DNA of 64,000 nucleotides from Nitrosopumilaceae archaeon (GCA_965207375.1 OZ242274.1:1952001-2016000); one strand, 5' to 3'; shown: positions 10,587-21,505, counted from the stretch's first letter. Numbers and translations: made by a program. Notes: generated by a model not told the origin, from the letters alone.

Positions 10587-11912
10587 CTACAAACTTATTC
10601 GGTAATAATCCCATCTTTCCGGATCAAATAACGTCACAAACTCGGCATCCTCTTTGGATTCTATTCTTTTTCGTATTACATCTCTTAGGGCAAAACTTGT
10701 CAGATACTTGAATTTCATGGATTCGGCCTGCATGACAAACATGTGTCTCATTTCACTGCCTCCCCGCATTCCCCAATATCCCATTTTGAGTGCCAACGGT
10801 TCTAGGAAAACTGTATTGTATAGTCCAAAGTTTTTGTCCTGTATTTCCGGGCGAAGTTTGTATGATTCTAATGGTCCGCCTTTTGCAAAGCCTATGATTT
10901 CTCCGTTTGGATTGTCTAGTCTAAGTGTGTTTAAAATAAAACTGGGATTTTTTATCGACTCTTCAAATTCATCTCTTGTAAATTGTAACGGTCTTGGAAG
11001 CTCATCATAAATTGCCAACAATGATTTGATAAAATATTCATTGCTCCTAGTATTCATTTTTTCTATGGTCGGTATTAGTTTGAGATTCTCAAATGCAAAA
11101 TCTGCCTGAATTTTAATTTCCTGCTGTCTGAGATTCATAAAGGATTGCACAGTGTTGAAAAAATTTTGGCGCATATGTTTTGGCAAAGCCTTTAGAACAT
11201 ATTGCGACACATATTCCTCTGAATTTAATAGATCTTCAAAATATGCCACTGAGCTTCGGACAATAACTGCAGGATGCCATGCAGATGCATGAGCATTCAT
11301 TTTTGCCATCTCCATTGCCTTTGCAAAATCACCTAATGCATATCCAGACATCCTATCCACTATGGATAAAAACCACCCCAGCTCTAAAATTTTATTTTGT
11401 CTTGCCTTGTCATGTTTTGTTGTAGGTGACAGCTCAAAACATTTGGCTATGTGACCTTCTGCATCAGTCTTTAGTTGTCCCTTCCACGGATATGTGGTTC
11501 TTAAAATTAACACCTTGATAATTTCAAGGTCAACATTTACTGCATCTAATAACTGTTTTAGATTTTTATCCATTGAAATAAAATTGATCACACTTTGCTC
11601 GTGTGGCTTGTCTACGCTTTTTTGGGGATCAAAGTCATGAAACAGTGCGGCTGTGAACAAGTATTTCATGTCATCTATAGTTAATTCGTTTTTGTTCAGA
11701 TAATATTTCCCAAACAGTAACGTGGTATATGTTACCTCTAATTCGTGATTGATATTGTGATATCCATAATAGTCTGTCCCAAGCCCCTGTGTTTCAAAAA
11801 GATCAATAGTATAGTCTAACATCTTTAGATAGCAGTCATCATCTAATCCACAAGATTCTGCAAGTTCCTTAATCTGATTGCGCATTGCATGAGGGGTTGC
11901 AAATTGCTGCAT
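10587..11912 (-). CDS. HD-domain protein with GNAT-like C-terminus
   Basis: YHNINH...AALFHD HD motif. Confidence 0.75.
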   Translation of the reverse strand: MQQFATPHAMRNQIKELAESCGLDDDCYLKMLDYTIDLFETQGLGTDYYGYHNINHELEVTYTTLLFGKYYLNKNELTIDDMKYLFTAALFHDFDPQKSVDKPHEQSVINFISMDKNLKQLLDAVNVDLEIIKVLILRTTYPWKGQLKTDAEGHIAKCFELSPTTKHDKARQNKILELGWFLSIVDRMSGYALGDFAKAMEMAKMNAHASAWHPAVIVRSSVAYFEDLLNSEEYVSQYVLKALPKHMRQNFFNTVQSFMNLRQQEIKIQADFAFENLKLIPTIEKMNTRSNEYFIKSLLAIYDELPRPLQFTRDEFEESIKNPSFILNTLRLDNPNGEIIGFAKGGPLESYKLRPEIQDKNFGLYNTVFLEPLALKMGYWGMRGGSEMRHMFVMQAESMKFKYLTSFALRDVIRKRIESKEDAEFVTLFDPERWDYYRISL

Positions 11913-11988
11913 TAGTACATCGATCTATTACTATTTTTTAAAGATGTAGAGATTTTGCTTTATAAAACGCCTGATATTATTTGTCTTT

Positions 11989-12366
11989 ATGGGTTTTGAC
12001 GAGTCACTAGTTGAGAAAATTCTACAGTCAGAGCCTACATGGACCATAAACGTGCAAAAAAAACAATATGTTCCAAGCTCTGTTGACATTGTAGAATCTG
12101 TCATACCGGTTAAAAAGCCAAGTATGCGTGGAGGTGTTTATTTTTCTCAAACCAAAGCCTACAAGATACGGTGCTGCATCGAGGACTCATCTGTTGCTAC
12201 TGTTTTGACCGGCACCATGTTAGGTCCCAATACAGAGTTTGTTCCAATAAAACTCACCGCATCTGTTTGTTCATCCAAGTATGTCATTATGGCAAATCTT
12301 ACCAATTATGTTCAAACCAAAAACGACACACAGCTAAATCTCATCATTGTCGATGTTTTTGACTAG
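11989..12366 (+). CDS. hypothetical protein
   Basis: 125-aa ORF with upstream TATA (tttataaa ~11959). Confidence 0.65.
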   Translation: MGFDESLVEKILQSEPTWTINVQKKQYVPSSVDIVESVIPVKKPSMRGGVYFSQTKAYKIRCCIEDSSVATVLTGTMLGPNTEFVPIKLTASVCSSKYVIMANLTNYVQTKNDTQLNLIIVDVFD

Positions 12367-12870
12367 GTCATATTGCGCACGTTGTTGAGGATCTGAAAGT
12401 ATTTCGTATGCTTGGTTGATTTGTGCCATTGTCTCTTTTGCATCTTGCTGTGTACTTTTGTCGGGATGACTTTGTTTGGCCAGTTTACGATATTGTTGCT
12501 TGATCTCTTTTGATGTTGCATCTTTTTGGATGTCTAAGATTGCATACAAATCCGGCAGAGATTCGATATCAAGTGTGTTAAATTTTTCCCAGGGTTTACG
12601 GTTTCTTGAACCCAAATCCTCATAATCATCATTCCAGTCAGAGTGATACTTGTCATAGTCTTTATTTTTTTGAGATTCTAGATTTTTTTCATCATATGCT
12701 GTTTTTTTGCGCAATATCATATCCCTTGCCAGATAGATGAAAATGGCCGCTACTGCTATGATAAATCCGATAAAAATAGTCATTTGATCTTCGGCAGAAA
12801 CTACAACCTCTTGGGCATGTATCGGTAAAATTAAACCAAGCAAAAACACAGCTATGATGATTGTTTTCAT
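12334..12870 (-). CDS. membrane protein with C-terminal DnaJ (J) domain
   Basis: DLYAILDI...HPDK...INQAYEILSDP; N-terminal hydrophobic segments. Confidence 0.85.
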   Translation of the reverse strand: MKTIIIAVFLLGLILPIHAQEVVVSAEDQMTIFIGFIIAVAAIFIYLARDMILRKKTAYDEKNLESQKNKDYDKYHSDWNDDYEDLGSRNRKPWEKFNTLDIESLPDLYAILDIQKDATSKEIKQQYRKLAKQSHPDKSTQQDAKETMAQINQAYEILSDPQQRAQYDLVKNIDNDEI

Positions 12871-12871
12871 T

Positions 12872-13309
12872 TTATGTCAGTCGAAAATCTTCTTTGACCG
12901 TATTTAGAACCAAATGAGTAATGGTGTTCTCTACGTGAGGTATGCTCGATATTCCTTTGACAAATTTGCTCAATTCAGTTCTTCCTTGAAATTTTGCTAT
13001 TACCAGTGTGTCGGTGTTTCCCGTAACATCATAGACTCCACACACATTTTCTATATCCGATAACTTGTCTTCGACCTCTACAATTTTGTCTTTTTTGGCA
13101 ATAATTTCAATGATTGCAGTAAGATTATACCCTAATTGTTCATGATCTAATCTCGCCGTATATCCTTGGATGATCTTTGCCTTTTCTAGTTTTTTTATTC
13201 GAGACAGTACCGTAACTGTGGACAGGCCTAGCTTTAGTGCAAGCTGTCGTGCTGATAGTCGAGAATCTACCACCAAATTTTTAAGAATTTTTTCATTAAT
13301 CTTGTCCAT
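12872..13309 (-). CDS. Lrp/AsnC transcriptional regulator
   Basis: N-terminal HTH (SARQLALKLGLSTVTVLSRIKKLE), RAM domain YDVTG. Confidence 0.92.
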   Translation of the reverse strand: MDKINEKILKNLVVDSRLSARQLALKLGLSTVTVLSRIKKLEKAKIIQGYTARLDHEQLGYNLTAIIEIIAKKDKIVEVEDKLSDIENVCGVYDVTGNTDTLVIAKFQGRTELSKFVKGISSIPHVENTITHLVLNTVKEDFRLT

Positions 13310-13434
13310 TTATGTATATGGTACAACTGAAAATGTATTTAAATTTTTAATTAATTTTTGTACGTGTGTTTATTGAAAAGAGAAAAGATGATAGGCATCA
13401 TCACTTTTTATGTTGTTGATTTTTATGACTATAC

Positions 13435-13662
13435 ATGGAGCAAATTGACAAGCTAGTTTCTAGGGGTAAAAAAATGCTAGATGCGCAAAAATTCGAACTT
13501 GCTTTGGAATTTTTTGAGCAGGCACTGTTACTTGATCAGACCGATCCAGATTTGTGGAACAACAAGGCAGTAGCTTTGAGAAGCATAGGCAGATATCAAG
13601 AGGCAATCGAGTGCTTTAACAAGTCTCTTGAAATTGACCCACGTGACAGACAATCCTCATAA
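13435..13662 (+). CDS. small TPR protein
   Basis: WNNKAVALRSIGRYQEAIECFNKSLEIDP. Confidence 0.85.
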   Translation: MEQIDKLVSRGKKMLDAQKFELALEFFEQALLLDQTDPDLWNNKAVALRSIGRYQEAIECFNKSLEIDPRDRQSS

Positions 13663-13841
13663 TTGGTTAGGGATACACAGTGATTTTAAAAAAGAATGGA
13701 ACCCAACTTGCGTAATCAGACATGACTATACAATAATGGAATTTATGATTTCAATCTTTTTTTATGATTACTAGACGTCATCTAGATATTACAATAACCT
13801 CAACGCTAAAAGACGATTAATCTTAGAAATGCCGTTAAACA

Positions 13842-14369
13842 ATGAGTATAATATTATCAGGATCAGTACATATTTTGATGGATGACAAAGCTGAGCGACT
13901 CATGTCTCAGGCCTATGAACTGTGTGAAGAGGGTTTCTTTGATGATGCATTGTCATGTTATGAACAAGTTCTAAAAATGGATCCAAACAATATATCGGCC
14001 ATAGTGAACAAGGCAACAACATTGCAAAATATAGGATATTGTAAAAAAGCAATTGCAATATTTGACGAGGTACTAAAACTAGAATCTACCAATGTTGATG
14101 CCTTACTAAACAAGGGCGCAGCATTGCACACTTTGGAAAGATTTGATGAGGCCATATCCTGCTATGATATAATTTTAAAACACGATAAAAAATCCGCCTT
14201 GGCCTTTGCTTACAAGGGATTGTCATTGGGAGAAAAAGGGAATCTCAAAGAGGCATTAAAGCATTTCAAAAAGGCGCTTGCAATAGATGGCAACTACAAG
14301 TTGGCAAATATTAGCAAAAAGCGTGCAGAGCAGTTGTTAGAGTCATCAAAAAAATCTAAAACACAGTAA
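13842..14369 (+). CDS. TPR protein
   Basis: about four TPR units; start may be ATG 13878. Confidence 0.85.
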   Translation: MSIILSGSVHILMDDKAERLMSQAYELCEEGFFDDALSCYEQVLKMDPNNISAIVNKATTLQNIGYCKKAIAIFDEVLKLESTNVDALLNKGAALHTLERFDEAISCYDIILKHDKKSALAFAYKGLSLGEKGNLKEALKHFKKALAIDGNYKLANISKKRAEQLLESSKKSKTQ

Positions 14370-14529
14370 CGTCGCCGGGTGCAGGCTCTTTTTTGATGTT
14401 TGAATCGTGTTGATTTTGCAATTCACCATGTTTTATCTTCTGATGCTGTCGTAACTGCTCAATGTCTGAAAACCCTTGATGACAAAGATAGCATTTAGGC
14501 TTGTCTTCATCAACTAGTGGCAACACCAT
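14356..14529 (-). CDS. small C2H2 zinc-finger protein (57 aa, below ORF-track cutoff)
   Basis: manual translation MVLPLVDEDKPKCYLCHQGFSDIEQLRQHQKIKH... Confidence 0.75.
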   Translation of the reverse strand: MVLPLVDEDKPKCYLCHQGFSDIEQLRQHQKIKHGELQNQHDSNIKKEPAPGDVTVF

Positions 14530-14592
14530 GTTTGATGTTTCATTTGCCCGTATTTAAAATCAGACTACAACTTTAATTATATATTTGCTGTA

Positions 14593-15705
14593 ATGATTGA
14601 AATTTGCATGTTGGAAAATATAGTAAACAGCTCTGATGCATTAGAAAAGGCAATTGCAGGAGAAGAGTTGACATTTGATGACGGAGTTGAGCTAATGAAT
14701 TACGATAATCTTCACATGTTAGGTGCAGTAGCCGATGACTTGCGCCAAAAAACGGTTGGAGAGACGGTGACTTTTGCTGCCTCATATTATATGAATTACA
14801 CAAACGTTTGTGCAGCTAGTTGTCAAATGTGTGCATTTTACAGAAAAGGTGACGAAGACGATGCATATACTTTGACGCCAGAACAAATTGAACAGCGTGT
14901 AGGTATTGCAAAACAAATGGGGGCAACTGAGGTTCACATAGTTGGAGGATTTCATCCAAAACTTCAACTAGATTACTATGAAGACATGATGCGTGCAATC
15001 AAATCCAAGCATCCCGAATTAAATATCAAGGCATTTACTGCAGCAGAAATTTTCTTTTTGTCAAAATTAACAAAAACTTCAGTTAAGGAAATACTTGCAC
15101 GTCTCAAAGATGCAGGATTAAACTCAATGCCGGGTGGAGGAGCTGAACTATTCCATCCAGATATTAGAAAAGATATCGTTCGTGGTAAATGTTCTGGTCA
15201 ACAATGGCTTGACACAATTGAACAGGCCCACAAATTAGGAATAAAAAGCAACGTCACAATGCTGTATGGGCACATTGAAAAGCCCGAACACGTTGTAGAT
15301 CACCTAATCAAAATCCGCAAATTACAAAAAAAGACAGGAGGATTCATTACATTAATTCCTCTAAAATTCAGTCTTGACAATACAGAACTTGAGGTCAGAC
15401 ATCAAGTAACTCATGAATGTTCTAGCGTATATGATTTGAAAATAATAGCACTCTCAAGATTAATGCTTGCTAATGTACTTGACAACATTTCAGTATACTG
15501 GGTAGCATACGGTAAAAAGCTTGCACAGGTGGCACTGTCTAATGGAGGCAATGACTTGGTAGGCACGGCGTTTTCTGAAGAAATTTACCGTGCTGCAGGA
15601 AAGCCTACTGATTCATCAGTTGATGAGCTAGCAACACTTGTAAAAGAGATCCAAAGAAGGCCGGTACAGCGCGACACGTTCTTTAATCAAATCAAAACAT
15701 TCTAG
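14593..15705 (+). CDS. mqnE: radical SAM enzyme, CofH/MqnE family (aminofutalosine synthase-like)
   Basis: NYTNVCAASCQMCAF CxxxCxxC; PGGGAE; YWV..GKKLAQVAL. Confidence 0.7.
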   Translation: MIEICMLENIVNSSDALEKAIAGEELTFDDGVELMNYDNLHMLGAVADDLRQKTVGETVTFAASYYMNYTNVCAASCQMCAFYRKGDEDDAYTLTPEQIEQRVGIAKQMGATEVHIVGGFHPKLQLDYYEDMMRAIKSKHPELNIKAFTAAEIFFLSKLTKTSVKEILARLKDAGLNSMPGGGAELFHPDIRKDIVRGKCSGQQWLDTIEQAHKLGIKSNVTMLYGHIEKPEHVVDHLIKIRKLQKKTGGFITLIPLKFSLDNTELEVRHQVTHECSSVYDLKIIALSRLMLANVLDNISVYWVAYGKKLAQVALSNGGNDLVGTAFSEEIYRAAGKPTDSSVDELATLVKEIQRRPVQRDTFFNQIKTF

Positions 15706-15776
15706 TGCACGTGTCAAATTTATGCAAATCTTTTTGATTTAACGAGTTTTATAACACATGTTATTACGAGTCAAAG

Positions 15777-16061
15777 TTACATGCCCACATCTGGCTTTTT
15801 TTCCACTTTTTTGGGCCCTCCCTTTCTTTTCCTACGAGCTCCAAATGAGACCAAAACAAGTAAGAATCCCACTCCAATCAAAATGCCTGCAAGTGTATTC
15901 ATGTCCTCATTTTCTTGCTGTTTTAATAGAAGTTCCAAGGTCTCCTCTTCGGTCATTCCGGTAGTGCCAACAGGTACAGATGAACTAACGGATACAGATA
16001 AGGAAAATCCTACAACTAACATTGCTAGTCCTCCTGCTAAAATCCTCTTGTCAATTAACAC
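15777..16061 (-). CDS. small two-TM membrane protein
   Basis: two hydrophobic helices, basic C-terminal tail. Confidence 0.7.
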   Translation of the reverse strand: MLIDKRILAGGLAMLVVGFSLSVSVSSSVPVGTTGMTEEETLELLLKQQENEDMNTLAGILIGVGFLLVLVSFGARRKRKGGPKKVEKKPDVGM

Positions 16062-16169
16062 AAGATAATTTAAAATTGATTATATATAGAGTGTTTGTGG
16101 TGCAGTATGCCACAAATTCATCATATAACTGAGGCAGGCATTGTTGCAATGCAGTAGCAAAAAAATATT

Positions 16170-17327
16170 TTAAAAATAATCGGATAGTGTTTTTTGTTTT
16201 AGGAGCCTAGATATGCTGCCGTGTGCAAGCCATTTCTGTTTACTAGTGTTTAGCTTGGCACATGCAAATCGAAGAGCATGATCAAAGCTGTCTAAAATTT
16301 GAGGGGTTTGTTTCATTGCAAGTCTAATTCCCTCTCTGACCTGCCATACACCTACCGGAATTGCATATTCGGGTTGAATTTCTCGTAAAATCAAGACACC
16401 TGCCTGCATTTTTTGTTTGACCAGATATTCTACAACCCCAAGCTTTGCGGCAAAAAATGCACCAGCAGTAACCGGAGGATGATCAATGCCTCTAGCATCC
16501 TCATAATCAGAGCCAAATCCAAGCGTACCATTAGAATACCAGGCCTCAATCAGCTCATATATCCACAGGCGTGGTAACAAAATCACAGAAAACAAATTAC
16601 CCAAATGAGAAAATTGGAATACTCTGTAATGATCAATTACAGAGAAATTCAAAACTTCTTTCATCAAAGAATCTGAGATTATACCATCAGTTGCAGTAAT
16701 ACTCCATCTGGTGGGAACAAGTTTTCTTTTTTTACCCATCATTCCAATACTAAAGCATTTTTGTATTTTTGAAATCTCAATTCCAGAATTATATAGTTTC
16801 AAAACTGCGTCTTTTGCTTTTAGATCCGTATCATAGTATACCTTTTCGATGTAATGTTCAGATGTTGTTCCCGAATAATTGGCAGATTTTATTTCTCCAA
16901 TTGGTCCAAATGGTGCACTTTGGCCATCAAGGGATACTGCAGGTGAGGTTGCTTTGGTAAATTGTAATTCAGAATCAATGGGTTTAGACGCCATTGCCAC
17001 TTCTTGCAAATCTTCAATATATCTTCCATGGGGATTATCTACGGATATTTTTTGTGTTCCTCTGACCAAGTTTAATCTGTAATTTACTATTTCCTCAAGG
17101 CTTTTACCAATCCATTTTTCTGGTGTGTCAAGTAATGCGGTATCACCATGTATGGGTGGAACCATCGGTCCTGCTAATACCTTGGGATAGCTATACGATC
17201 CAACAAAAACAGATGGAGGGCTAGTACCGTTTATGTTATCTGAAGAAAAAAGATTTCCATATTTGGATAAATTATCACGCCATTTTGTCTCAATTGCAAT
17301 TCTAATGTCACGGGCATTTTGAGGCAT
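16170..17327 (-). CDS. nreA: Nre-family archaeal DNA repair protein
   Basis: SPPSVFVG..YPKV, LVPTRWSITA, PVGVWQVRE; C-terminal PIP box QKTLSDYF. Confidence 0.88.
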   Translation of the reverse strand: MPQNARDIRIAIETKWRDNLSKYGNLFSSDNINGTSPPSVFVGSYSYPKVLAGPMVPPIHGDTALLDTPEKWIGKSLEEIVNYRLNLVRGTQKISVDNPHGRYIEDLQEVAMASKPIDSELQFTKATSPAVSLDGQSAPFGPIGEIKSANYSGTTSEHYIEKVYYDTDLKAKDAVLKLYNSGIEISKIQKCFSIGMMGKKRKLVPTRWSITATDGIISDSLMKEVLNFSVIDHYRVFQFSHLGNLFSVILLPRLWIYELIEAWYSNGTLGFGSDYEDARGIDHPPVTAGAFFAAKLGVVEYLVKQKMQAGVLILREIQPEYAIPVGVWQVREGIRLAMKQTPQILDSFDHALRFACAKLNTSKQKWLAHGSISRLLKQKTLSDYF

Positions 17328-17557
17328 GATTAAGGATAATTTCTGATGCTATTAACTTGCAGGGTTTACGATTCTTCAGCATCATCACTCATATGAAAAA
17401 TCCCTCGGCTACGTGCCAGATCCTATACAGTGAGCATTTGCAGATCAGGTCATCTTTACGAGATACATATTCAGGTCGCCTCTGATTTTATGCTTAGTTT
17501 TTGAACATACAGGAAAATTTTGTGCTTGAAAAATTTACGATCAGAGTTTGTCCAATT

Positions 17558-17643
17558 GCAAGTGTCAACGTCGCGCCTGAATTAATTCTATTTTTTGAAA
17601 TTTCATGTCTAAATTATCATAAATTCAAAACATTAACAGATAC
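17558..17643 (+). mobile_element. IS66-derived MITE (family C)
   Basis: GCAAGTGTCAACGT...ACATTAACAGATAC ends; core nearly identical to 42736-42825. Confidence 0.65.
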
Positions 17644-17783
17644 AATAAATTCAAGGTATTAATTAAACAATCTTACATTATTTTTATTGAATCATTTAAT
17701 TATCTATATCGTTTCATGATATCTGTGAAAGCATTATCTCTAGTTTTCATGGTATCTGCCGCGTGTAGATGCTACATTAGGAA

Positions 17784-17792
17784 CCCCCCCCC
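17784..17792 (+). repeat. C9 homopolymer in the 5' region of the secreted-protein gene
   Basis: gaaCCCCCCCCCgta in AT-rich context. Confidence 0.9.
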
Positions 17793-17815
17793 GTACATTA
17801 CACTGTATAGTTTTC

Positions 17816-19831
17816 ATGGCAGCTGCCACAGGATTGTTATTATTTACACCGACTTTAGCAGATGCCCATTCTCCAACTGATGATGAATTTTTATGCAAAA
17901 GTGACAAATTGATGGCGCAGTTTGGAGCGGAACTGACCCATCCCCTTAATCCAGATGGTACAATAGACTACACTGCCTTCATTTTGTCAGGAGGACATCA
18001 AGGTCAACTTGGTGTTTACACCGACGCTGATGGTATAACCTACACATGCATTAATTATTTTGACAGTGCATTACAGTTTTACAGGGAATTACGAGTACAA
18101 TATAACGGACGTACAGACACATACATTACACCACCTGGCCAAAATTACCATGACGGAATAGAACGAATTGACATTTTCCATCATAATGGCTCTCTAAAAC
18201 AATCTATACTATATGAGGCAAAAACCATTCTAGGTGTTGAAGATGAAGACGATCCAAATAGTAACCCAAATCAAGGCGTGTTTATGAAACTAGAACATCA
18301 TGAAGATGGCACACTCAAAGAAATAATCAATCTTGAGGACGGTGAATCTCCAAGTGAAATAAAATTCAAAGAGGGCGGAAATATTGCAACAGAAGTTATC
18401 AAACGTGACTTGAAGGCAGAAAACACCACAAGGACAGATGAAAACGGTAATTTCCTATTACCTCAAAATAAAACCACATGGCATGATAACGGAATCCAAA
18501 AGAGTTATTATGAAATATTTCCAGACGGTAAAGACTTGAGTATCGAGTGGAATGAACGTGGAACTATGACCAAATATGTCAAAACATATTCCAATGATGT
18601 GGTGTATGTTTTACTAGAAACATCTCATGCGAATTTCATAAGCGCTCAAAATATTGCAGATATTTCAAAACCTGCCCTTGTGGCTGTTGTACGTGATGAC
18701 CTTAGAAGGTATTACTCAATTATTGATGTGGATACCCAGAGAGCAGCTATACACGGGAATATTAGGAATTTTGTAGAAGGTCACCTTCATGATTTGAATC
18801 ATGTACATCTTACCCATAATATAAACACGGTAACCGCTGCAATTGCAAATGGCATTTATAATGCGATTGTTATTACAGAAGCAGACAATAATCGTGGCAA
18901 AAACTATGTTGCTAGTCTTGCAGATGGTTTTGTAAGTACAGGAATTGCAAATATTGATGATAATGCCAGACTTAATCAACTCTTGACTCTGCATGACCAT
19001 ACAAACATTGACGGATTGGGTCACGTCACTTACCTCATATACGGCATAAATATGCAGACCCAATTATACCATGACGGCTCTACAGGTACTGAACTATGTT
19101 ATTCTGAAAATAGAGCAGCTATAACATGCACTGATGATTCTAGGGCAGAATATTTTGAATTTCTAGAGCGTATGATTCCAAGAACAGGCGGCAGCACTCA
19201 TGACACGGCATCTGCAAAATATGACCGTAACTTGAGTAACGAGATAACACCAGAGTTGTTAATTGCTGTACCAGGTTATGTAGATACATCTTTACTCAAT
19301 GAAGTAAGATATACAAAATCGCTATTGGAACACGGTAAATCAATAGCAAATGGCCCTAATGATCATGAGACTTGGAACAAGGTACTAGCAGCATTTGGAC
19401 ATTTGGATCAAGGCAAAATGACAGCAGCTGAAGCCCAAGTCAATGCTGATACATACGGAGGCCCATTATGGTCAAGAATTGCAGCAGCAATTAGCGAGTT
19501 AGAATCAGATACACCTGCAGGCATTAACGCAGAATCAATAGAACAGCAACCTATACCGGATTCAATACCTGATTCTATACAAGATACACAAGTTAAGCCT
19601 GAACCAGCAATAGACCCAGAACTAATTGAGGATGTAAAGTACCTTGCATCTATGACACATCACGGTGAGCAGCACGTTGAGCGATGGAACAGGGTTTTGG
19701 CAGCATTTGGGATTTTACAACATGATAACCCAATTACAGCTGCCGAGGCTGAAGCAAATTCAAAGAAATATTCTAGTCCACTCTGGCCTAAAATTGCAGA
19801 GGTTTTGAAAGTAATAGAGAATGCCAGCTAA
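17816..19831 (+). CDS. secreted protein with MORN/YwqK-like repeats and a duplicated C-terminal helical domain
   Basis: hydrophobic N-terminus ending ADA; repeats FHHNGSLK, HHEDGTLK, WHDNGIQK, WNERGTM; two WN(K/R)VLAAFG domains. Confidence 0.75.
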   Translation: MAAATGLLLFTPTLADAHSPTDDEFLCKSDKLMAQFGAELTHPLNPDGTIDYTAFILSGGHQGQLGVYTDADGITYTCINYFDSALQFYRELRVQYNGRTDTYITPPGQNYHDGIERIDIFHHNGSLKQSILYEAKTILGVEDEDDPNSNPNQGVFMKLEHHEDGTLKEIINLEDGESPSEIKFKEGGNIATEVIKRDLKAENTTRTDENGNFLLPQNKTTWHDNGIQKSYYEIFPDGKDLSIEWNERGTMTKYVKTYSNDVVYVLLETSHANFISAQNIADISKPALVAVVRDDLRRYYSIIDVDTQRAAIHGNIRNFVEGHLHDLNHVHLTHNINTVTAAIANGIYNAIVITEADNNRGKNYVASLADGFVSTGIANIDDNARLNQLLTLHDHTNIDGLGHVTYLIYGINMQTQLYHDGSTGTELCYSENRAAITCTDDSRAEYFEFLERMIPRTGGSTHDTASAKYDRNLSNEITPELLIAVPGYVDTSLLNEVRYTKSLLEHGKSIANGPNDHETWNKVLAAFGHLDQGKMTAAEAQVNADTYGGPLWSRIAAAISELESDTPAGINAESIEQQPIPDSIPDSIQDTQVKPEPAIDPELIEDVKYLASMTHHGEQHVERWNRVLAAFGILQHDNPITAAEAEANSKKYSSPLWPKIAEVLKVIENAS

Positions 19832-20395
19832 CAAGCAATCAATGAATTTTTAAAAATCAAGGTTTACGTAAAACATACTGTATCGTCAAACTCTAGACAT
19901 GGCATTAACAATTACAAAAAGAATAACATTTCAGAATACATCTGATCAAAAATCATTCAAAAACACGTTTGCATCATATATTAAAAACAGGGATCTTAGT
20001 GTACACATCATATGGAATTAAAGACTGCATTCCTTGATTTTGAGGATATGCCACCTGAGATACAAGAGTGGTAAAGACCGAACTTGACAACGAATCTGCA
20101 ACAGGATTAGAACAAATACTTGACATAATTTACATGCAAATATACACAATTGCAACAGTGTGTCACCTCTAGCATTTATCGACTAGATGGTTTGTTTCCC
20201 AATCTCGATTTTGTGTGTGAATATTTGTTACTAAAATCTTAACGGCTAGGCAGCACGACAGGTTTTTACTCTTTTATGATGTTTATGTCCAAAACATCAT
20301 TAATTTCAAATCAGCATAGTTGTCTAATTTGTGCCACTAGACTATTTTGAGAAAATATCAGATAGAACTATGCACGGCATATACTATAATTATAA

Positions 20396-21334
20396 TTGAA
20401 AACAATACAAAAACAATTGCAAAGAATTGTATCTTTTCTACCAAGTGCTACGGAATTAATTTACGCACTAAAAGTGCAAGATATGCTACTAGGAGTAACA
20501 CACCAATGTCAGTATCCAAAAGATGCAAAATTCAAACCTAAAATCATCGATACCGTAATAGACTCGAAAAATTTGAACAGTCATCAAATTGACGAAATCA
20601 CATGCAAGATGTTCAAAGACGGAAAAGACATCTTTGTTTTAAATAAAAAAAATATCAAAAAAGCAAATCCAAATCTGATAATATCACAAAACACATGCAG
20701 TGTCTGTGCAGCTCATACTAGTCAGGTTCAACAGGCAATAAAAATACTAGATGTAAAACCAGAGATTTATTCAATGGATCCTCACAATGTAAAAGAAATA
20801 CTTGAAGGAATAATTGAGATCTCAGAAATATTAAAAATAAAAGAAAGAGGTACTGTACTCAAAAAAGAATTAGAGTGTAGAATCAAAAATGTTAAAAAAG
20901 TAAAAATTCAAAACAGGCCAAAAATTGTCGCAATAGAATGGATTGAACCACTTTTTACTGCAGGGCATTGGATTCCTGAAATGATCGAGATTGCAGGAGG
21001 TACAAATCTCATAAGCAGTGCAAAAGAACATTCACAAATGATTAGCATACAAGATATACTACAGGCAAATCCAGAAATCATTGTTTTGATGCCTTGTGGG
21101 TTTGATGTGAAAAAAACAAAATCAGAGTATGAAAGATTCCTAAAAAACGATATACGATGGAATAGACTTGAAGCAGTAAAAAACGGCAAAGTGTTTGCAA
21201 CAGATGCCAATTCATTTTTTAGCAAACCAAGCATTAGAACCATACAAGGAATAGAGATTCTAGCAAAAATCATACACCCAAAAGAATTTGCAGTAACATC
21301 TGTGCCAAAAAATTCCTATACTAAACTAGGCTAG
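20396..21334 (+). CDS. cobalamin/iron-siderophore ABC substrate-binding protein (BtuF-like)
   Basis: RIVSFLPSATE, AGHWIPEMIEIAGG, AVKNGKVF, KPSIR. Confidence 0.85.
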   Translation: MKTIQKQLQRIVSFLPSATELIYALKVQDMLLGVTHQCQYPKDAKFKPKIIDTVIDSKNLNSHQIDEITCKMFKDGKDIFVLNKKNIKKANPNLIISQNTCSVCAAHTSQVQQAIKILDVKPEIYSMDPHNVKEILEGIIEISEILKIKERGTVLKKELECRIKNVKKVKIQNRPKIVAIEWIEPLFTAGHWIPEMIEIAGGTNLISSAKEHSQMISIQDILQANPEIIVLMPCGFDVKKTKSEYERFLKNDIRWNRLEAVKNGKVFATDANSFFSKPSIRTIQGIEILAKIIHPKEFAVTSVPKNSYTKLG

Positions 21335-21505
21335 GTCTATCGCTCTTGAGTTTCGTCAAGATCATCGACTTCGTAAGTTTTACGATTTGGCCTAGTAGGG
21401 ATGTAAATAACTGTCAATATTTACAGTGCTTGTAAATCACACATATGGAACTTGGTTGGAAAAAGTTTGCCTTTTTGGTAATTATATTATAGTTGCAGAT
21501 AAAAG

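Noticed and set aside
19900-20395. Cobalamin riboswitch upstream of the BtuF-like gene
   Set aside because: No recognisable B12-box or conserved core; the region looks like decayed coding or MITE DNA.
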